A DNA stretch of 64,000 nucleotides from Ginglymostoma cirratum (Eukaryota): the NCBI GenBank assembly GCA_024137785.1, contig JAHRHZ010000058.1, positions 18,590,215-18,654,214 of the forward strand, read 5' to 3'. This document shows, one piece after another, positions 61,470-64,000 of this stretch. Both the position numbers and the translations under genes were made by a program. The stretch's first letter is position 1; the number at the start of each line of letters is the position of its first letter. The notes under the pieces are model-generated. The model searched no databases. It saw only the letters and a list, made by a program, of their open reading frames with translations, and was not told the DNA's origin.

Positions 61470-62482
61470 CTGGAAAAAGACATTCCAATTACAGTAATAA
61501 TGATCCACATCACTCCAGAGAGTGTGAAAACTACTTTTTGTGCAGCTACAGTGTAATTAGTTAACACTGTATGAGGTACGTTACTAGAGTTTGTGGCTTA
61601 AGGTACAGAGTAAACAGATCTGATGTTCAAAATGATTTTAAGAAACTCACTCCCATTTTTGATGATTAAACTGCTACTTATACAATTGAATAAGATCATG
61701 ATTAATGAACTGTACCACGTCAAGCTGCTTTCAATGAACTCAGTGATCTTGACAGAAAATAACGCAAGGAGAAACAATGTACATCTGAACGGCACAATGT
61801 GGGCTCACACCCAAGGGTTCCCATTGGGAAAGTATCTGACACTAAGTCGGATGGACACAGAGAGAAGTGCAGGACAGACAGTTTCCTGCAGAAAAACAGA
61901 ACTTTTACTGGTTTTCTTCTCATCGCTTGGAATTTTTCCATTTCCAATTCAAGTGTTTTGTCAAGTGACATTCACAGTGCCTGACCTGCCATGGCTTACA
62001 GCAACTTTTTTCACACAAATATTTGCTCTTCGCTTCATTAATTAGTGCCACCATCCTTACTCAGCTACCTCACAGCATCCAGTACTCTGCCACTGCACAT
62101 TAATAAATAAACTGTCAATTGGGCTTTGATGCAAATACATGGAAGTAAAACAGTCACTGCTCAATGGCAAGTTTTTGAAGTTTTCATTTAAGGCTTAAAA
62201 GGGAAAACAGAGAAAATTTCTCCTGACATCAAGAAATGTTCATTTTATTTTTCATTTTTACTGTGTTTCCCACCTATCTCACCATTACTCAAGCAACAAC
62301 TAGAGGAAAGAAAATTCCATCCTTTGAGTATAATCATTATAGTTTTATTCTGTAACAGATTTTTCCTGTAAAAAAATGTGAAAACCCATCCAACATCTCA
62401 ACAACAACATAACCATTACCCCTTTATTAACACTCAATACACAAACAGAGTGAAACAGCTTATAGCTGGAAAAAATACTTAC

Positions 62483-62559
62483 ATCCTCCTCATTCCACAG
62501 ACCTGGGATACAGAAAGACTCCAGCAAGTCACTGCCACACAGCAACAAGATGCGGAGCT
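62483..62559 (-). CDS. NMNAT2: NMNAT2 exon
   Basis: catgcag|AG...GAT|gtaagt, 77 nt. (E)[25 protein letters not shown]. Confidence 0.97.
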
Positions 62560-63393
62560 CTGCATGGTTGGGAGATAAACATCAAGTTAAGCATTGCTTG
62601 ATGGAAGGGGATTGTCCAAATTGAGATGTGACAAATAAATAATAACAATCAGATAAAACAGTGATGATAATTATAGTTTATTTACTAAATCCTTCTTGTC
62701 AAATGTACTACTCTGTCTTACAGCGTCCTGACTGAAAAACATTGCGTTGGACAGAGAACTCCAACGCAAAGACAGGATTGCACTTATTTTAATTACTTCA
62801 TGGCTACATTTGGTTTTGTTTTGCCTACCTTATTTCCAAGAACTAGGTCCAACATTGCATTTTTTCTTATTTGATAGTACACATACTGGTGAGGGAAATA
62901 CTGCTGAACACAATTTAGGAATGCTTACCCTTTGTCGCCCTTTACGCTACCAGTATCCCCAGTCTATACTTGGGTAATTAAAATCTTCCATTATAACTAT
63001 AATGGTTTGACCTGAGGAGGTGTAAGTCATTCAAGAATTCACTCTATTCATGGCCAAAAAGGAAGGTCTAGTACCACCTACAGGATCAAAAGTGCTTACG
63101 TGCACGCTGTTATTGAAATCTTGCCTGTTCTCAATACACCAGCCAAAACCTCTTTCATACTGTTACACACCATCTCAAGTCCCGGTGATGCTGCCTTATG
63201 TAACTGATAACTTGCTGTCTACGGATATACAATTCCAAATGGTTTAGGGACAAGGCAATAACATGCTACTGTCTCCCTAAGTATCATTCACGTGATGGTT
63301 AAAATCACACCCGTGCAACATTTCAAGAGCTAAATCTCAATAATCTCATGTCTACTACAAAAAGACAAAGTCACAAGAAATGATTCCACTTAC

Positions 63394-63438
63394 CAATCTC
63401 TTCATATCTCATGGCAGTGCCCAAGTTTGCATTTTCAT
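63394..63438 (-). CDS. NMNAT2: NMNAT2 exon (45 nt); upstream exons lie beyond the window
   Basis: atttcag|AT...ATT G|gtaagt. (D)ENANLGTAMRYEEI(E). Confidence 0.95.
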
Positions 63439-64000
63439 CTGAAATAATGACAGAATTAAGTGCTGTTAAAAGTTTGTTAAGTAAATTCATGTCTCCACAG
63501 TCTGCTGCCTGTGTAGAGCAATATCTGGTTGAAAAGGAGTTAGCATTTACGATTTATTCTTCAGCAATGAGCTAGTTTCCCAGTAATTGGGAGAATAATC
63601 TCCATGCAGTTAAATGATCTCTTGTAATTCTACTGAGCTTATCTACCTAGAGCTGTCTTTATTCTTTTCAAAGCATAAAATGAAAGAAAGAAAAGGAAAC
63701 AGCAACAGGGAGAGAAATGCATAGAGAGAAACCAATAATACAGATCCTTTACATACTGGCAACAATTAAAGAGTACAAAGCTGCATAGGCAAGATGGAAA
63801 GCAAACATCCGAACATGAGATCAATGGGTAGCTGATAAAGAAAAACAGGCCATCAACCTTCTTATTGCTTTGGGAAATGAAGGATTGAAAAGAATAAAAT
63901 TCTCATTATTTCTAGTGATAAATGCAAAATGTTTTCCAAATTTTAGGTCAGTTTCATTGTGAGTCAACTATGGCATACATGTGCTTGTGTTCATCTCAAA

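Noticed and set aside
61809-61885. 77-nt candidate cassette (poison) exon in an NMNAT2 intron (tttttctgcag|...|gtgagc), same length as the neighbouring exon
   Set aside because: Weak donor, no similarity to the real exon, and a stop or frameshift in either usage. Cannot be supported without RNA-seq.

Overview
Vertebrate genomic DNA, very probably from a shark (inferred from the repeat content: CR1 LINEs, an HE1/V-SINE-like tRNA SINE, Deu-domain SINEs, Penelope-like and Tx1 elements). Two intron-containing genes converge tail-to-tail. On the + strand are the last 14 coding exons (1367-30566) of a laminin gamma chain; all are GT-AG and phase-consistent, totalling 2279 nt (about 758 aa plus stop). 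Domain content and synteny identify it as LAMC2. On the - strand are the last 5 coding exons (63438-57017) of NMNAT2, followed by a long repeat-free 3' UTR candidate. Most ORF-track entries are antisense or decayed transposon frames. Highlights: (1) this gamma2 chain looks like a gamma1/gamma2 intermediate, keeping the gamma1 nidogen-binding residues (D-x-N-x-V plus Tyr at +19) and a complete 8-Cys last LE module while already having the gamma2-type short arm and a BMP1-like site; (2) a set of Penelope-derived, hammerhead-ribozyme-bearing insertions, including a 159-bp-arm palindrome with two near-intact minimal hammerhead cores and a TSD-flanked fold-back centred on hammerhead stem II; (3) an inverted pair of 91%-identical SINE copies in one intron. 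Comparisons with human/mouse sequences and repeat consensuses are from memory and need database confirmation.
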